Shown in pieces: positions 25,300 to 37,186 of a stretch of 64,000 nt of DNA; position 1 is the first letter of the stretch; each line of letters begins with the position of its first letter. Made by a program: the position numbers and the translations under genes. The notes below the pieces were generated by a model, which saw only the letters and a program-made list of their open reading frames with translations, was not told where the DNA came from and did not search any database. Source of the stretch: Anthoceros angustus (Eukaryota; Plantae; Anthocerotophyta); the NCBI GenBank assembly GCA_010909165.1, contig MU008185.1, forward strand, positions 620,001 through 684,000, in the 5' to 3' direction.

Positions 25300-25940
25300 C
25301 AAGAGGCTACTTCTGAGTCAAACCCTTGTGCGGGGCTTTTTATGTACACTTTAAGAAAATGGCAAGAGGCTAGTAAGTCATCGTAATGGCTCAATAAGAA
25401 AACGTCGGTAATTAGTAATCTAACGGGGTCTCAAGGAATGGAAACCAGTTATAGGAATTTTTGCGATAGTTTTTTTTCCCTTTAATAAGTAAGGATCATA
25501 ATTCGATTTGTTCATAAAAGTATGCTTACAGATGATAAGCGGTTTATCAATGGCAAGAGGCTACTTCTGAGTCAAACCCTTGTGCGGGGTTTTCTATGTA
25601 CACTTTAAGAAAATGGCAAAAGGCTAGCAAGTTACCGCAATGGCTTCATAAGAAAACGTTGGCAATTAGTAATCTAACGGGCCCGGGTCTCGAGGAACGG
25701 AAACCATGTTTTCTTATTGAGCCTCGTCATAGGAATTTTGACGATAGGAATTCCAGTCATAGGAATTTTTGGGATAGTTTTTTTTCCCTTTAATAAGTAA
25801 GGATCATAATTCGATTTGTTCAGAAAAGTATGCTTATAGATGATAAGCGGTTCATCAATGTATTTTTCCTTTGACAAGTAAGGATCATTATTCGATTTGT
25901 TCATAGAAGTATGCTTACGGATGATAAGCGGTTCATCAGT
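25300..25940. repeat. ~250-bp direct duplication plus third copy of a ~70-bp sub-unit
   Basis: CAAGAGGCTACTTCTGAGTCAAACCCTTGTGCGGGG at ~25301 and ~25554; AAGTAAGGATCAT..TTCGATTTGTTC..GATGATAAGCGGTT occurs three times. Confidence 0.85.
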
Positions 25941-26829
25941 GTATGCAATAGAAGAAGAATTCTATTGCAGCCCACTTGGACGGAATAACTTATTGAATCG
26001 CACCGTATGACAATGAACAAAACTGGTTCAACTTTGAAAGGATATCCGTGATGGAATATGACTCTCCTCTCAGGCCATGTTGCTAGTCTATTACATGGCG
26101 CTTGGCCTCCAGACCAAGCTTGGTCCTCCTCAAGTGTCTCCACTTGAAAATGTGCATGTACCTAGTCGTGTTGTCCGTTCTCACAATGCGGATCCAGTGA
26201 GGTAAAGGCCTGTTCTGCTTCTCTTTCTAAGCCAGGGCCTGGGCTAGCATCAGCATCTTGTTGAAGCGGCAAGTCTTTTGGGAAGGCATGACGGCCGCGA
26301 CACGCACACACACATACACACAAAGCCGAATGGCATGGTTGGTGGGGTTTCACGTGTCGCCAGCTGCTTGGGCTGGCACATCCCGGACCAGTTTTGAGCA
26401 CACATTCGTATGGTCATTGATCATCCTCGGTCGCAATTCTTCCGCAATGCATTAGGCAAAACTCATAGCCTAGCTACATATTGATGGCGGTTCGTGGTAC
26501 GAGCTAGCCAGGAAGCCCTGGTTTAATTTTGGGCTAGGAAGCCTCTTGTTTAATTTTGGGCTAGGAAGCCTCTTGTTTAATTTTGGGCCAGACGGCTCTT
26601 GGGGCAGTTTCATTGTTGGGCAGTTTCATTGCCCATGCATTGCCGAACACCAAGTAGTTGAAAGTGACCAACCTCCCCCACAAAGAGAACAAAAAGACAT
26701 GCTGCTGGAACATAGCCTTTGCTATGGCGGGACAGATGGTTATTTAACCTGAACATCGAGGCTCCTAGCAAAGCTTCGCATAATAAATCAAGAAAGCTTG
26801 GCAAAACCCTACCAAAATCTTCACATCTT

Positions 26830-27540
26830 TTTCAATTTCCACCATTGTTGATAAGAGCTTTCATGGATCCAGGTTCAATTTCTTGAGTGTGCCGATGTGC
26901 TTGCATCTGTGATGCAATTGCTTCAAGTATGATTGCTTGGCGATGCTGTCTACTTGCCTTGGTTGCCTCTTTTGCAGCCCCCTCTTGTGCTGCTTGATTC
27001 TCTCCATATTTACGTTCCCATTGCAAGTGCTTTTTATCCAACTCAATTACTACCCTTGCTACTTTGGCCAGCCTCCTCCACCTTTCAATTCACAGCCTTA
27101 ATCCCTCGTCTTCTCCTTCTCAACCAGACGATCCAGTCTCTCACACCTCTTTGCGTTCAGCGGCTGTCGCTTTCATATGTATAGCAATTTCTTTTGTCAG
27201 GTGCCATTCCACAACGATTCCCATTGATAGCCGCAAGGTACTCCTCCTTCCTTCTTTGCAAAGTTTTTGCTTGAAGGGCTTGAAGATATCAACATCGAAG
27301 GCTGAAGTGTGTGGCTTGTGTGGCTAGGCATGTAGAGAAGAATGAGACCCATTTGACGATAATAGGTGGCAACATCTGAGAAGACATGTAGCTTCGCACC
27401 ATCTATAAGCAACAAGCGCTTTCAATTGGAACCCATTCTTGCCCCAACCAATTTTTGAAAGTCTTGCAACCAGTCTAGAAATATATCGTGGGATATGAAA
27501 GTGTTTTCTTATCTACAACCAGCAGCTCCATCTTACTGAC
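26830..27540 (-). mobile_element. pogo/Fot1-type DDE_1 transposase remnant
   Basis: ISHDIFLDWL..RLLLIDGAKLH..LLYMPSHTSHTLQP, then frameshift to DVDIFKPFK; internal stops. Confidence 0.75.
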
Positions 27541-28084
27541 TAATTGCATCAAGTTTGTGGATGACAACCAATTTGAAAGTCCTTTGAAACCCTACTAGAA
27601 ATGGCAGCCCATGTTACAATTGTTCTTGCAATTTTATGTTACACTTCCAAATTATGTAACCCTAAAAGGTGCGTAACGGACATGAGGGGAAGAGAAAAGG
27701 AGGGAGGACTTGGAGCTAAACAACCCCACACCGGCGCATAGCAAACATGGGTCCGCGTAGCACAAACTCGTAGGCACAAAAGGCACTGAGTGCTCAAGGA
27801 CAAACTGGTAAACTTGGATGTGTACAAAGTATGTACGTTATCCGTGTGACGTATATACTTATTTTATACAAAATGGAATATGATCGTATATCATAGAAAA
27901 TTACCGTATAATATATGTCGCCATGAACAATACGTATATTTTACGAAGGATGTATTCATATATATGTGTATTCATACGAGTATCAGTGGAATTACTAAGT
28001 AAAATTAGGTATTCCATAGGGTACTAGAGGTTCGATACCAGGCCTCCAAAAGTGTTACAAGACTTTTCTTGTAACAGTTTATAT

Positions 28085-28140
28085 GTTGCAATCTTGTTGC
28101 AATCTTGTTGCAATCTTGTTGCAATCTTGTTGCAATCTTG
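28085..28140. repeat. (GTTGCAATCTT)5 tandem repeat
   Basis: Five perfect 11-bp units, with related TTGCAACACCA units just downstream. Confidence 0.95.
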
Positions 28141-28770
28141 AGAGAGGACAAAAGCACCTCTCACTTCATCTCAACATAATTGCAACACCATTGCAACACC
28201 ATTGCAATATGGTTGCAACAAATGCTCCGGTTTGGTTTCCAAGCCAAAGTATAACAAGAGGCCCAAAAAGAGTTACATGACCCCAAAATTGCAATAGGTG
28301 TGGTCCATGTTGCCCACGTTTAAGAGTTGCTGATTCAAACAACAATCTACATGATATAGAATGTGAGAACCACTTTTAAATTTTCTTTTGTGCCTCCTTC
28401 TCTTGCAAGATGAAGAATTAGCAAGCAAGATGAGTCTTTAAAAGGACTAAGCAAGGCAAGATGATATGAGGGAAGCCACTTTGGCATGTAGAACTCAAAC
28501 ACCCATTATGGTTAAAGTTTTTTTCCATAGTGTCTTACCACAATTCAGTCTTCTAGTACACACTAGAGACGGATAGGATTCGTAGTACAATGCGTATGGA
28601 GAATCCAAATGTAGTAAAGAAATACGATATCTCATCGTGGAAGACCTAAAAAATAGGTGAGAAACGTAACATTTCACTAAAATACGTTTCATATGTCCCA
28701 TTACACCTAAACCGCTATCGGGCACAAATCTTGTCTCGGGTCTCGTACTCCACGTGAGGGCACACAAATC

Positions 28771-28998
28771 GAAAGGTGCACTGTGCGACCACCATTCAAT
28801 TGGGACAGGAGGCTGGAGACTGGATTCAATTATTGGGTGTGGTCCTCGAAAGGGTGCGATTGGGGATACCCTGGGCCTGGAGGACATACAGAATGGAAAG
28901 GTGCGGCCACCATTCAATTGGGACTGGATACCTACTCGATTCAATTATTGTGCCTGGGCCTAGCAAGGGTGCGATTGGGGGGTACCCTGGGCCAGGAG
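28771..28998. repeat. ~125-bp imperfect direct repeat x2
   Basis: CCACCATTCAATTGGGAC..GATTCAATTATTG..AAGGGTGCGATTGGGG..TACCCTGGGCC occurs twice. Confidence 0.85.
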
Positions 28999-30899
28999 CC
29001 GCACGCGTCCGGCAGCAGGAGGCTCTGACGTTCCGTCCCTGCATGTGCCGGGGCCCGGGCCCGGGATGTGGCTCTCGGCCCCGTGGAAGCATCTTCGGGG
29101 GTTCAACCAGCGAATGTAGTCTACATTTGTGTCGAGACGAAGCCGGCTGCCGCAGCTTCGGGAGCAGTTTCTGCTTTGAAGCCCATAAAGTGTAGAACGG
29201 TGGATGCAGCTTGCAGAACTGTTTCGAGACGTACCCCCTCGATTGGAGACGAGACGTGCTCACGCGGCGGCTCCAGAGGGAGGTCTGATGCGGTCCATGT
29301 CGGGCTCTTGCAATGGACCTTGTGAGTGGCATATGCACTTCAGGTCTGGGTCCCGGTCGCGATCGGAGATATGCTAAACTGTCAGGGCACAACTTTGGTG
29401 CGGGAAAAAAAGACGGCCTGGCACATGGTGTGAAAGCTGCTCCTCTCCTCCGGATGTGAAAGCTCCTCCTCTCCTCCGGCGTTCTCAAGCCGGTGCACCC
29501 CGCGCCTGGCACCGAGCACATGGGCGGGCACGCACTGCTTTTGGTGCGACGTCCTTCAGGCTTCAACAGCACTAGCCTGGCGTTGCATAGGCACTGTATA
29601 ATGGAGACTGAAACGCGTAAAACAAAGTAGAAATTACGCTCTCAAAAAAGATGATGGGCACTAAAACAAGGAGATACGGTGTAGCGCCTGGAGGCCTCGG
29701 GCTGGAACTTGGGATGCCCGATCACACGCCTTATCAAGAAAAAGGAATGAAGATGTGCGTGTGCGCGCATATCATACGCTTAAGCCGCACGCGCACCCGA
29801 ATCTATCATTGACCCCAACGCAAACCCAACGAGTGCAACATTGCACTCTGTACGTACATGTGTACATGTACATACTGTATTTAGGGTACATATACATTTC
29901 CTACATTACTGAAATACATAATACATACAGTATGTATGAATGTACATGAAATACATACAGTATGTATGAATGTACATTGTAGGTAAGCTGTGAGAGCTGT
30001 CATTGATGAGAGAGCTCTCTGCCTTCACATCTCTTCTCTCTGCCCGGGCAGGTTCATCACCCTCATCGTTTTCATACGTACGCCACATTCTGGCTGCTTG
30101 CAACTCGCCGCGGCGAGTGGACGCGGAGATTCCGTACCATCGGTGTGGGTCGATGAATGGAAGCCACTTCGACGCTGTCTTATGTCCATGCCCTGCGACA
30201 CCTGGATGGAGCCGGGCCCCATGGGTCAATCAGTGCCATCGCCTGGGCGCCTGGGAACTGGTCTGGTCGGCATGGCATCCTTCCCCTCTCCACCTGGGCT
30301 GCCAGGCCCTTTTACTCGCTTGCTTTTCCTACAGGTACCGAAATGGCTCCTCACGTGTTTGCTTGTTAGCCCAATAAACGCGCGGTGGGCTGGTAATCGC
30401 ACTGCGGGGGGGTTCAAATGCGGCATCCCGTCCGCGCCTCCCATTGCCAGGCCCCGGCCTGCGATCGCTCCGGCATCTGCCTTTCCGACACTTCTTCTGC
30501 TCAGAACCAGAACCTGCGCGGCAGCGGCAGCGGCAGCGGCAGCGGCGAAGTTGTAGCAGCAGCGGCAGCAGCTTCCGTCTACAGATCTTGTTTCTGAACA
30601 GGCGCTTTCTTGCGACCCAGCGTGCCACGAGCTTTCTGGTCAGTGGATCGTGTCGTGAACAATCGCGTGATTTCAAAACCACCACTGGCTGCCTGCTGCC
30701 AGTGGTGGTGGTCTTCGCCAACTCCACCTGTCCCTGCCCCTGCCGATACTTGTAGTAGTGGGGTTAACGAGGACAGCATCGACATTGTTCCCATCTCCCG
30801 AAGAGACTTAGAGCTATATTTCTAGCTCCTGATATAGCAATGCCGGCGTGTTAATGTGACAGGGGAATTTCCTCTTGCCGGAAATATTCCAAGTAGGCC

Positions 30900-32495
30900 A
30901 TGGCACCCTTCAACGGCAGTGCCGTCGTTAACGTTGATGCTGGGGATGGTGGCCACGGCCTCCGAGAACCCCTGCTTCAGAATGGCAAGCAGCAGCAATT
31001 ACAATCCGACACCAAAATCATCGTCACGGTACACGACGAGAGCGCACCGGGGAGCGAGAGCGAGAGCAAGAGCAAGAGTGAATCGCATCTGCAGCAGCAG
31101 GAGGAGGGCAGCTCGTTCTTGCACGCTACCCTCAACGCCATCAACGTCCTTGCAGGTTTGTCACATTTCTTGCAACGTTCTCAGCTTTATTCTAGACTGA
31201 AATTTGGCAGGGTTCTGATTAAATTCATGGTGCTGCAGGTGTGGGGATCCTGTCGACTCCCTTTGCGGTGGCGCAGGGAGGATGGGTGGGCCTAGGTGTC
31301 CTGATCGTTTTTGCAGTGATATGCTGCTACACGGGGTTTCTGCTGCGCAGGATTCTGGACAGCAACCCCGCCATACGGAGCTACCCGGACATAGGCACGG
31401 CGGCTTACGGCGTGAGGGGAAAATGGGTGGTGTCCATCTTACTCTACATCGATTTATTCCTTGCGTCAGTGGAGTTTTTGATTCTTGAGGGAGATAACTT
31501 GGCACAGCTTTTCCCCATCCTCGACGTGCGCTGTGGGCCCATTACGCTCACGCCGCGGGTGCTGTTCGTGCTCATGGCCGCCATCCTCATGCTGCCCACC
31601 GTGTGGCTTCGCAACCTCAGCAGCTTGGCTTACGTCTCGGCCGGAGGAGCGTTCGCGTGCCTGGCCACTCTCATCGCGGTCTTCTGGGTGGGGGCCGTCG
31701 ATGGAGTAGGTTTCCGGATGCAGGGCTCCTTCCTCAATCTCGATGGGCTTCCCATCGCTGTTGGCCTGTACGCCTTTTGTTATTGCGGCCACGCAGTGTT
31801 TCCCAGCATCTACTGCTCTATGAAAGACCGTTCTAAGTTCAACCGAGTAAGTACCCCTTTACTGGAAGCTTGTAACTTCTGCACGAGTTTGCTTCGTCCC
31901 GCTGCGGCAATGCCCAATGTTCATGAGTTTAGATTACAAGCGTCATGTTGTGCTGTTCGCATTTGTGCAGGTTCTGATTATCTCCTTCACTGTGTGCACG
32001 CTTCTCTATGCAACCATTGCAACGGTTGGGTACCTCATGTTCGGGGAGGCCATCCAGTCGCAAGTTACCCTCAATTTGCCAGTACAACTCCTGGCTTCCC
32101 AGATCGCTATCTGGATAACATTGGTGAATCCTTTTGCCAAGTATGCCTTGATCCTGCTGCCTATTGCACGGGCCCTGGAAGGCATTCTTCCCTATGAACC
32201 CACCGAGAAGCGCTACGTGGTGTATGGGACTATGCTGAGAACATTACTGGTGGCCGGCACCGTCGTCTTTGCGCTTGCCTTCCCTGTTTTTGGCTACTTA
32301 ATGGCCTTCATTGGCTCATTTCTCAGTGTCAGCACGGCGATTGTTGTCCCTTGTTTCTGCTACTTGAAGATTTTTGGGAAATCCGTCGGCACGCGGGAGA
32401 CTGTTCTCGTCCTCACCATCGTGTTCATTGGCGGCGGTGTTGGAATTCTGGGGACATATGCCTCTCTGATTGGTATTCTTCAGAGCCTTTGGTGA
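30900..32495 (+). CDS. AVT1-type amino-acid transporter, copy 2; exons 30900-31155, 31239-31846, 31971-32495
   Basis: Same motifs and identical intron positions as copy 1. Confidence 0.95.
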
Positions 32496-33302
32496 ACATG
32501 TATGAGTATTAGGTAGCTAGGATTGCTTACACCGACACTGTAGGACTGACTGACTGATAGACTGATTGATTGAACTGATGTTGGCGCCCAAGGCGCTGCA
32601 GTTTTTCGGGCACAACTGTGAGACATCGCGGTTGCAAATTTCCTGTTCTAAGAGAGTAGCCATTTGTTATCACCCGGTCTTGAGCCAGAAAATTTTGCAC
32701 TTCTCGTGTGTGTCGTGATCAGGTTGGTGGGGGAGGAATCAGATCCATGTCTCGTCACCACTCACTCTGCTGTGATACTGTCCAGCATAACTCAGACAGG
32801 TGATCACTCTGTTTAAATGGCTCAGAAAACACTTCACCAAGCGACACACAGAAAAACGCCTTGTTTACCCTGTCGAAACTGAGAGGGAAGAGTGACTTCC
32901 AGCCTCTCGGTGAAGAGTTCATTCCATTCCTGGCAGCAACAGTCACCTGTGCATCACCACAATAACATCTACGTGCTGTTACCTCTGGGTCTATTTTAGA
33001 CAATTTATCTTTGTCGATTCTGGTGATATTCTATGCACTTAAACGAACGTGGAACCCCGGAAACGCCGATCAGATATCCTCGTATGTTCTCTCAAGGTTG
33101 TTTTGTATTCCAACACTGAAGCTACAACTAAACTCAAAAATCAATCTTCCACGCTCATATGTTACAGGTTCTAATCTATCGTACAATGCATGCAGGCTTA
33201 CATTCATAAGTCTCCAGCTCTTCATGTAACACCAACTCATGTTGACTTAACGGCGTCCCTGATAAGTCAAGCTACCAGGATAGAAGAGGGCTGCAGACAG
33301 TT

Positions 33303-33566
33303 GGAATTTTGCAGACAGGTCGCTGCTACCAGTACATGACCCCCGAATGCCTTTCACCTACCACCACTTGTGGCATTCATGTTTGCTCTCTTCAGTTCTG
33401 TTAAGACATCAGGTTCTGACCCAGCGCTCGAGGGCACACGGAATTTTGCAGACAGCTCGCTGCTACCAGTACATGACCCCCGAATGCCTTTCACCTACCA
33501 CCACCTGTGGCATTCATGATTGCTCTCTTCAGTTCTTCTGAGACATCAGGTTCTGACCCAGCGCTC
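33303..33566. repeat. Tandem duplication (period 137 bp) of the 3' coding end and 3' UTR of the OEP40-like gene
   Basis: 33303-33429 versus 33440-33566 are nearly identical. Confidence 0.92.
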
Positions 33567-35206
33567 CTGCCTGCACTACTTGGTGCAGGACCCCCAAAAA
33601 CCGAGGCAGACGAACTTGGGGATTTTGAATCAGCTCGATTTTCCTTTTCCTTCTTGCCCTTCGGTTCATGCTTGGCTTCAGCCTCCCTCTTGCTCGTCTG
33701 TGATTTGCCTCCCTTAGGAACATTCCCCTTTCCTTGCATATCGTCGAAGAGCTGAGACCGCAGCATGGTCTCTTCCTGCATGAGCAGATCCCCTGGATGT
33801 TTACTTGCTGGTACCCTGAACCTGCCAAAAGAGCCCCCTCTGTATTCTATTTCAACCCTGAGATCCTCCAAGGCCTTCTTGAAAGCCCTGTTCTCCGAAT
33901 GAAGATGTTGAAGCTGATGCCTCATTGAAGAAAACAGGCCTGTCATTTGATGGAGGAGCTCCTCTCTCTCATCAGGAAGAGCTGCACCCGGAAAATAATC
34001 ATAGGCGTGGGCATACCGGCTGCTGCGTGTAGGATACAAAAACCGCCTTTTAATGGGGTCCGTGCTCTCCAACGTAATCTTGTCCATCACAAGCACCGGC
34101 AACTTGGCCAGCGAAAAACTGCCCTCAAACAACTCCGTGGGCACCTTCACCCGCCACCTTACGTTTGCCACTGCTTGCTTTCCCAAGGGCAGAGAGCTAT
34201 GGGCCCTCAGGCACCATGCATCGCACATAGTTGACGCAAGAGAAGACGTTTTGAAACGTCTTCGCCCTTGCCATGTACCCCCCTCGCTGTTTACCACACC
34301 CTCCCTCCGAGTGCCGGACACCTCCAACGGGGAGTCCTTCTCCTCAAATCCGTTGACGAAGACGCAGCTGTCCTCTGACGCCTCACTGCCTGAGCTTCCA
34401 TCCCCGGGTTTCTGAACATGGTTCGACTCACCGGACACGATCCTGGCTCCGTCCAAGTGGCTCACCACAGAACCGAAGCTTCTGGCTCTCTCTACAGTGC
34501 TCGGCCCAAAGCTGCTGCCACCACCCTCCGCACCCGCAGGACTCGCAGTTGTTGATTTCAGCTGAGCATGCAGCAAACCCGAACTATCCAAAACACCATT
34601 CCGGCCATTAACGACTCCCATCTCGCATCTCCTAACAGCAATGCTACTGCGCTCGTTCCCTGCATCCTGCAACAACCCGGCGTAAGCTGCCCCGCCCCCA
34701 CTGCCGGAGTCCGTCTCCCGAGGCCTGTTCTCCTCAACCTCTCCACTCACAGCCTCAGGCAGCCAGGCATCCCTCTGCACCAGGACTAATTTCGGCTCCT
34801 CCTTGACCGGCTTGCAGTTGGCTCTCAGCACCCCTGCATTCCAATACCCCGAGTCCTTCCGCAAGCTGAAGTCCCCTACCCTCGGCTTCACCCGCAGCAT
34901 GAAAGACGGGCTCAGCTTGCCCGACAAGTTGAACTCGGCAGCCATAGCCAGAGCTGCCCCCGCCGGGGAGCCCCATACCCCGATCCCAGACTTGAGCAGC
35001 ACGGAAAAGGGAGAGTGCAGATCGTTCGGCTTGTAGGTCACCTTGACGAGCGGGCCTGCCTCCACACACGACCCCAGGTGCAGCGCAAGCTCCTCCGGAC
35101 TCCCGAGCGAAATGGCAGAAAACAGAGGAATGCCAAGAAAATTGACAGGCACCCTGGCCCTCACAAGCGGCTTCTGTCCATCCCTCAGCTTCAAAGATGC
35201 CTTCAT
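33491..35206 (-). CDS. OEP40-like chloroplast outer-envelope protein family, intronless
   Basis: MKASLKLRDGQKPLVRARVP..GPLVKVTYKPND..PFSVLLKSG..AEFNL..PSFMLRVKPRVGDFSLRK, LPVLVMDKI, C-terminal DVSEELKRAI. Matches my recollection of the At3g57990 family. Confidence 0.8.
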   Translation of the reverse strand: MKASLKLRDGQKPLVRARVPVNFLGIPLFSAISLGSPEELALHLGSCVEAGPLVKVTYKPNDLHSPFSVLLKSGIGVWGSPAGAALAMAAEFNLSGKLSPSFMLRVKPRVGDFSLRKDSGYWNAGVLRANCKPVKEEPKLVLVQRDAWLPEAVSGEVEENRPRETDSGSGGGAAYAGLLQDAGNERSSIAVRRCEMGVVNGRNGVLDSSGLLHAQLKSTTASPAGAEGGGSSFGPSTVERARSFGSVVSHLDGARIVSGESNHVQKPGDGSSGSEASEDSCVFVNGFEEKDSPLEVSGTRREGVVNSEGGTWQGRRRFKTSSLASTMCDAWCLRAHSSLPLGKQAVANVRWRVKVPTELFEGSFSLAKLPVLVMDKITLESTDPIKRRFLYPTRSSRYAHAYDYFPGAALPDEREELLHQMTGLFSSMRHQLQHLHSENRAFKKALEDLRVEIEYRGGSFGRFRVPASKHPGDLLMQEETMLRSQLFDDMQGKGNVPKGGKSQTSKREAEAKHEPKGKKEKENRADSKSPSSSASVFGGPAPSSAGRSAGSEPDVSEELKRAIMNATGGGR

Positions 35207-36078
35207 CGCATGTCGAGTGGTGGCCACTCCCTCCCTTCAATCTTTAGATTTTGGTGCCGCGTTTCACATTCCACCTCCCAGGGCTCCGCAACCGCGGAAT
35301 GATGCCAAGCATTGCATGAGAAGGGATAACATTACAAGCATACTGGCCACCTGCTAGACACCATCTCTTCGCCAACACACCTTACCGTTTCCAGTCCCAA
35401 ACTAGGTCTTGCCACGATACAACTTTTAACATTCATAGTCCGGTGATTGGTGCTTGGCATCGTAGCCCTGACCCTCCTTCATCACCACCCATTTTTGCCC
35501 CATGGACGCGTGACTGCTACGGTCCTGCAGTCACGCCCCGAGAGCCTACGCGAGGAGCGATCGATATTACCAACAATGAAGCACCTTTCCGTCCGTCGAC
35601 AAGCCCGCGTTTGGCGGAGAACGGACGGACAGCTTCCGGTGCTTCTTGGTCTCACCGCGGGCCCGCCGGCGGACACCCCGGTTCTCGTCCAACTGGTGGT
35701 GTCAGTACGTCCAGTAAAAATAGGTGTATGTCCACCTACTGTAGGAGGTTTAACAAGAGAGAGCTGCAACCGAAGTGTACAGTCCACCCCCCCTTATGCT
35801 AGGTTCCCATGTAGCCCGGACCCTCAGCGTTTTTTCCGGGGATTTTTTTCCCGGTTACATGTGAACATACCGGAACTCATGACCGACAGTTGCCAAGTGC
35901 CTGAAACGGGTCATCACCGGTTCAGTACAACGGGCTGGCCTTCGGCTGTCCGCGATCGAACTCAAGTGTCGCTATGGACTTTGACAAAGCTCGGCAAGTT
36001 TCATGCTCAACAAGCAGCTACGTTTTAGGTTGAAGCAAGCAGCTATGTTTTAGGTTGAAGCTCAAGGATTGACAATCT

Positions 36079-37186
36079 ATGGCCAATGTGGAGCAAATGG
36101 TCGTCTACGGCGTAGCCCTTGCTACACTAAGTGTAGTTCGAGACTTGTTTTATTTACTGAATTACTTTGAGGGGAATAGTGATGTTGCCATCATCGATTG
36201 CGGTCTTTAAGATCTGTGAGCATGGATGACCAGAGACTTCTAGATGATGCTCTTGATAACACTGTTCTGTCATGTCAACAATTGGAGGCTGCTCTTGCAA
36301 TTGCAGCCCGCACAGGACAATTACCAAGGGGATTTCTAACAGGCATTCAATTATCAACGTACTATGTGAAACCCCGCCTACAGGACATGTGGACTTTATA
36401 CCTTCAAGTGGCACAAGAGGATCCAAAAAGGTTTGCCCATTTCTATCAATTCCCATGGGCAACCTTTACGCAGATGTACGTTCTTGACCCGACTCCAGTT
36501 CCTGGATTTGTGAACATCCCCGGGAGGATTATCTCTGTGCAGAAACAGGTTGCCATTGCCTTAAGGAGACAGGCCACAGGTGATAGCTTTGTCTCTTTAG
36601 GTGAAAGCTTTGGAGTGGGACAGTCAACTGCCTGCACAATTACTCACCGTTTTGTCAAAGCAATCATACAGAAGGCTAGGCATCACCTTGCCTGGCCATC
36701 AGCAGGTCAATTGGAGGAAGTGAAGGCAGGATTCTTTGAACGACATGGCTTCATGAACTGTTGTGGTGCCATCGATGTGACCCATTTCCGGCTGGAACAA
36801 CCTATAGGAGAAAACCAATGGGAGTATCGAGGAAGATACAAAGATTTCACAGTCGCAATGCACGGTGTCGTAGGCCCTAATAAGAAGTTCTTAGATGTAG
36901 TAACAGGCTGGCCAGGAGCTGCAAATGATACGAGAATTCTATACAACTCAGAGTTCTATCACCATATACAACTCAGAGTTCTATCACCAAGTCAATGCAG
37001 GTGCACGGCTGAATGGACCATACAAGTTCGTGGATAACGAGGAAGTGCGAGAGTATATCATCGGAGATGCTGGCTGCCCTTTGCTTCCATGGTTGATCAT
37101 CCCCTTTCCTGGTCGAGGTTTGATGGCAGACAAAGAGTCTTTTAACTTCAAGCTATCCTCTTCTCATATGGTCGTTGAGGAAATTT
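36079..37186 (+). mobile_element. PIF/Harbinger (HARBI1-like DDE_Tnp_4) transposase, frameshifted and truncated
   Basis: QKQVAIALRRQATGDS..FGVGQST, NCCGAIDVTH, FLDVVTGWPGAANDTRIL, YIIGDAGCPLLPWLIIPF, FNFKLSS. Confidence 0.9.

Noticed and set aside
28025-28047. GGTTCGATACC, similar to a tRNA B box
   Set aside because: No A box and no cloverleaf.
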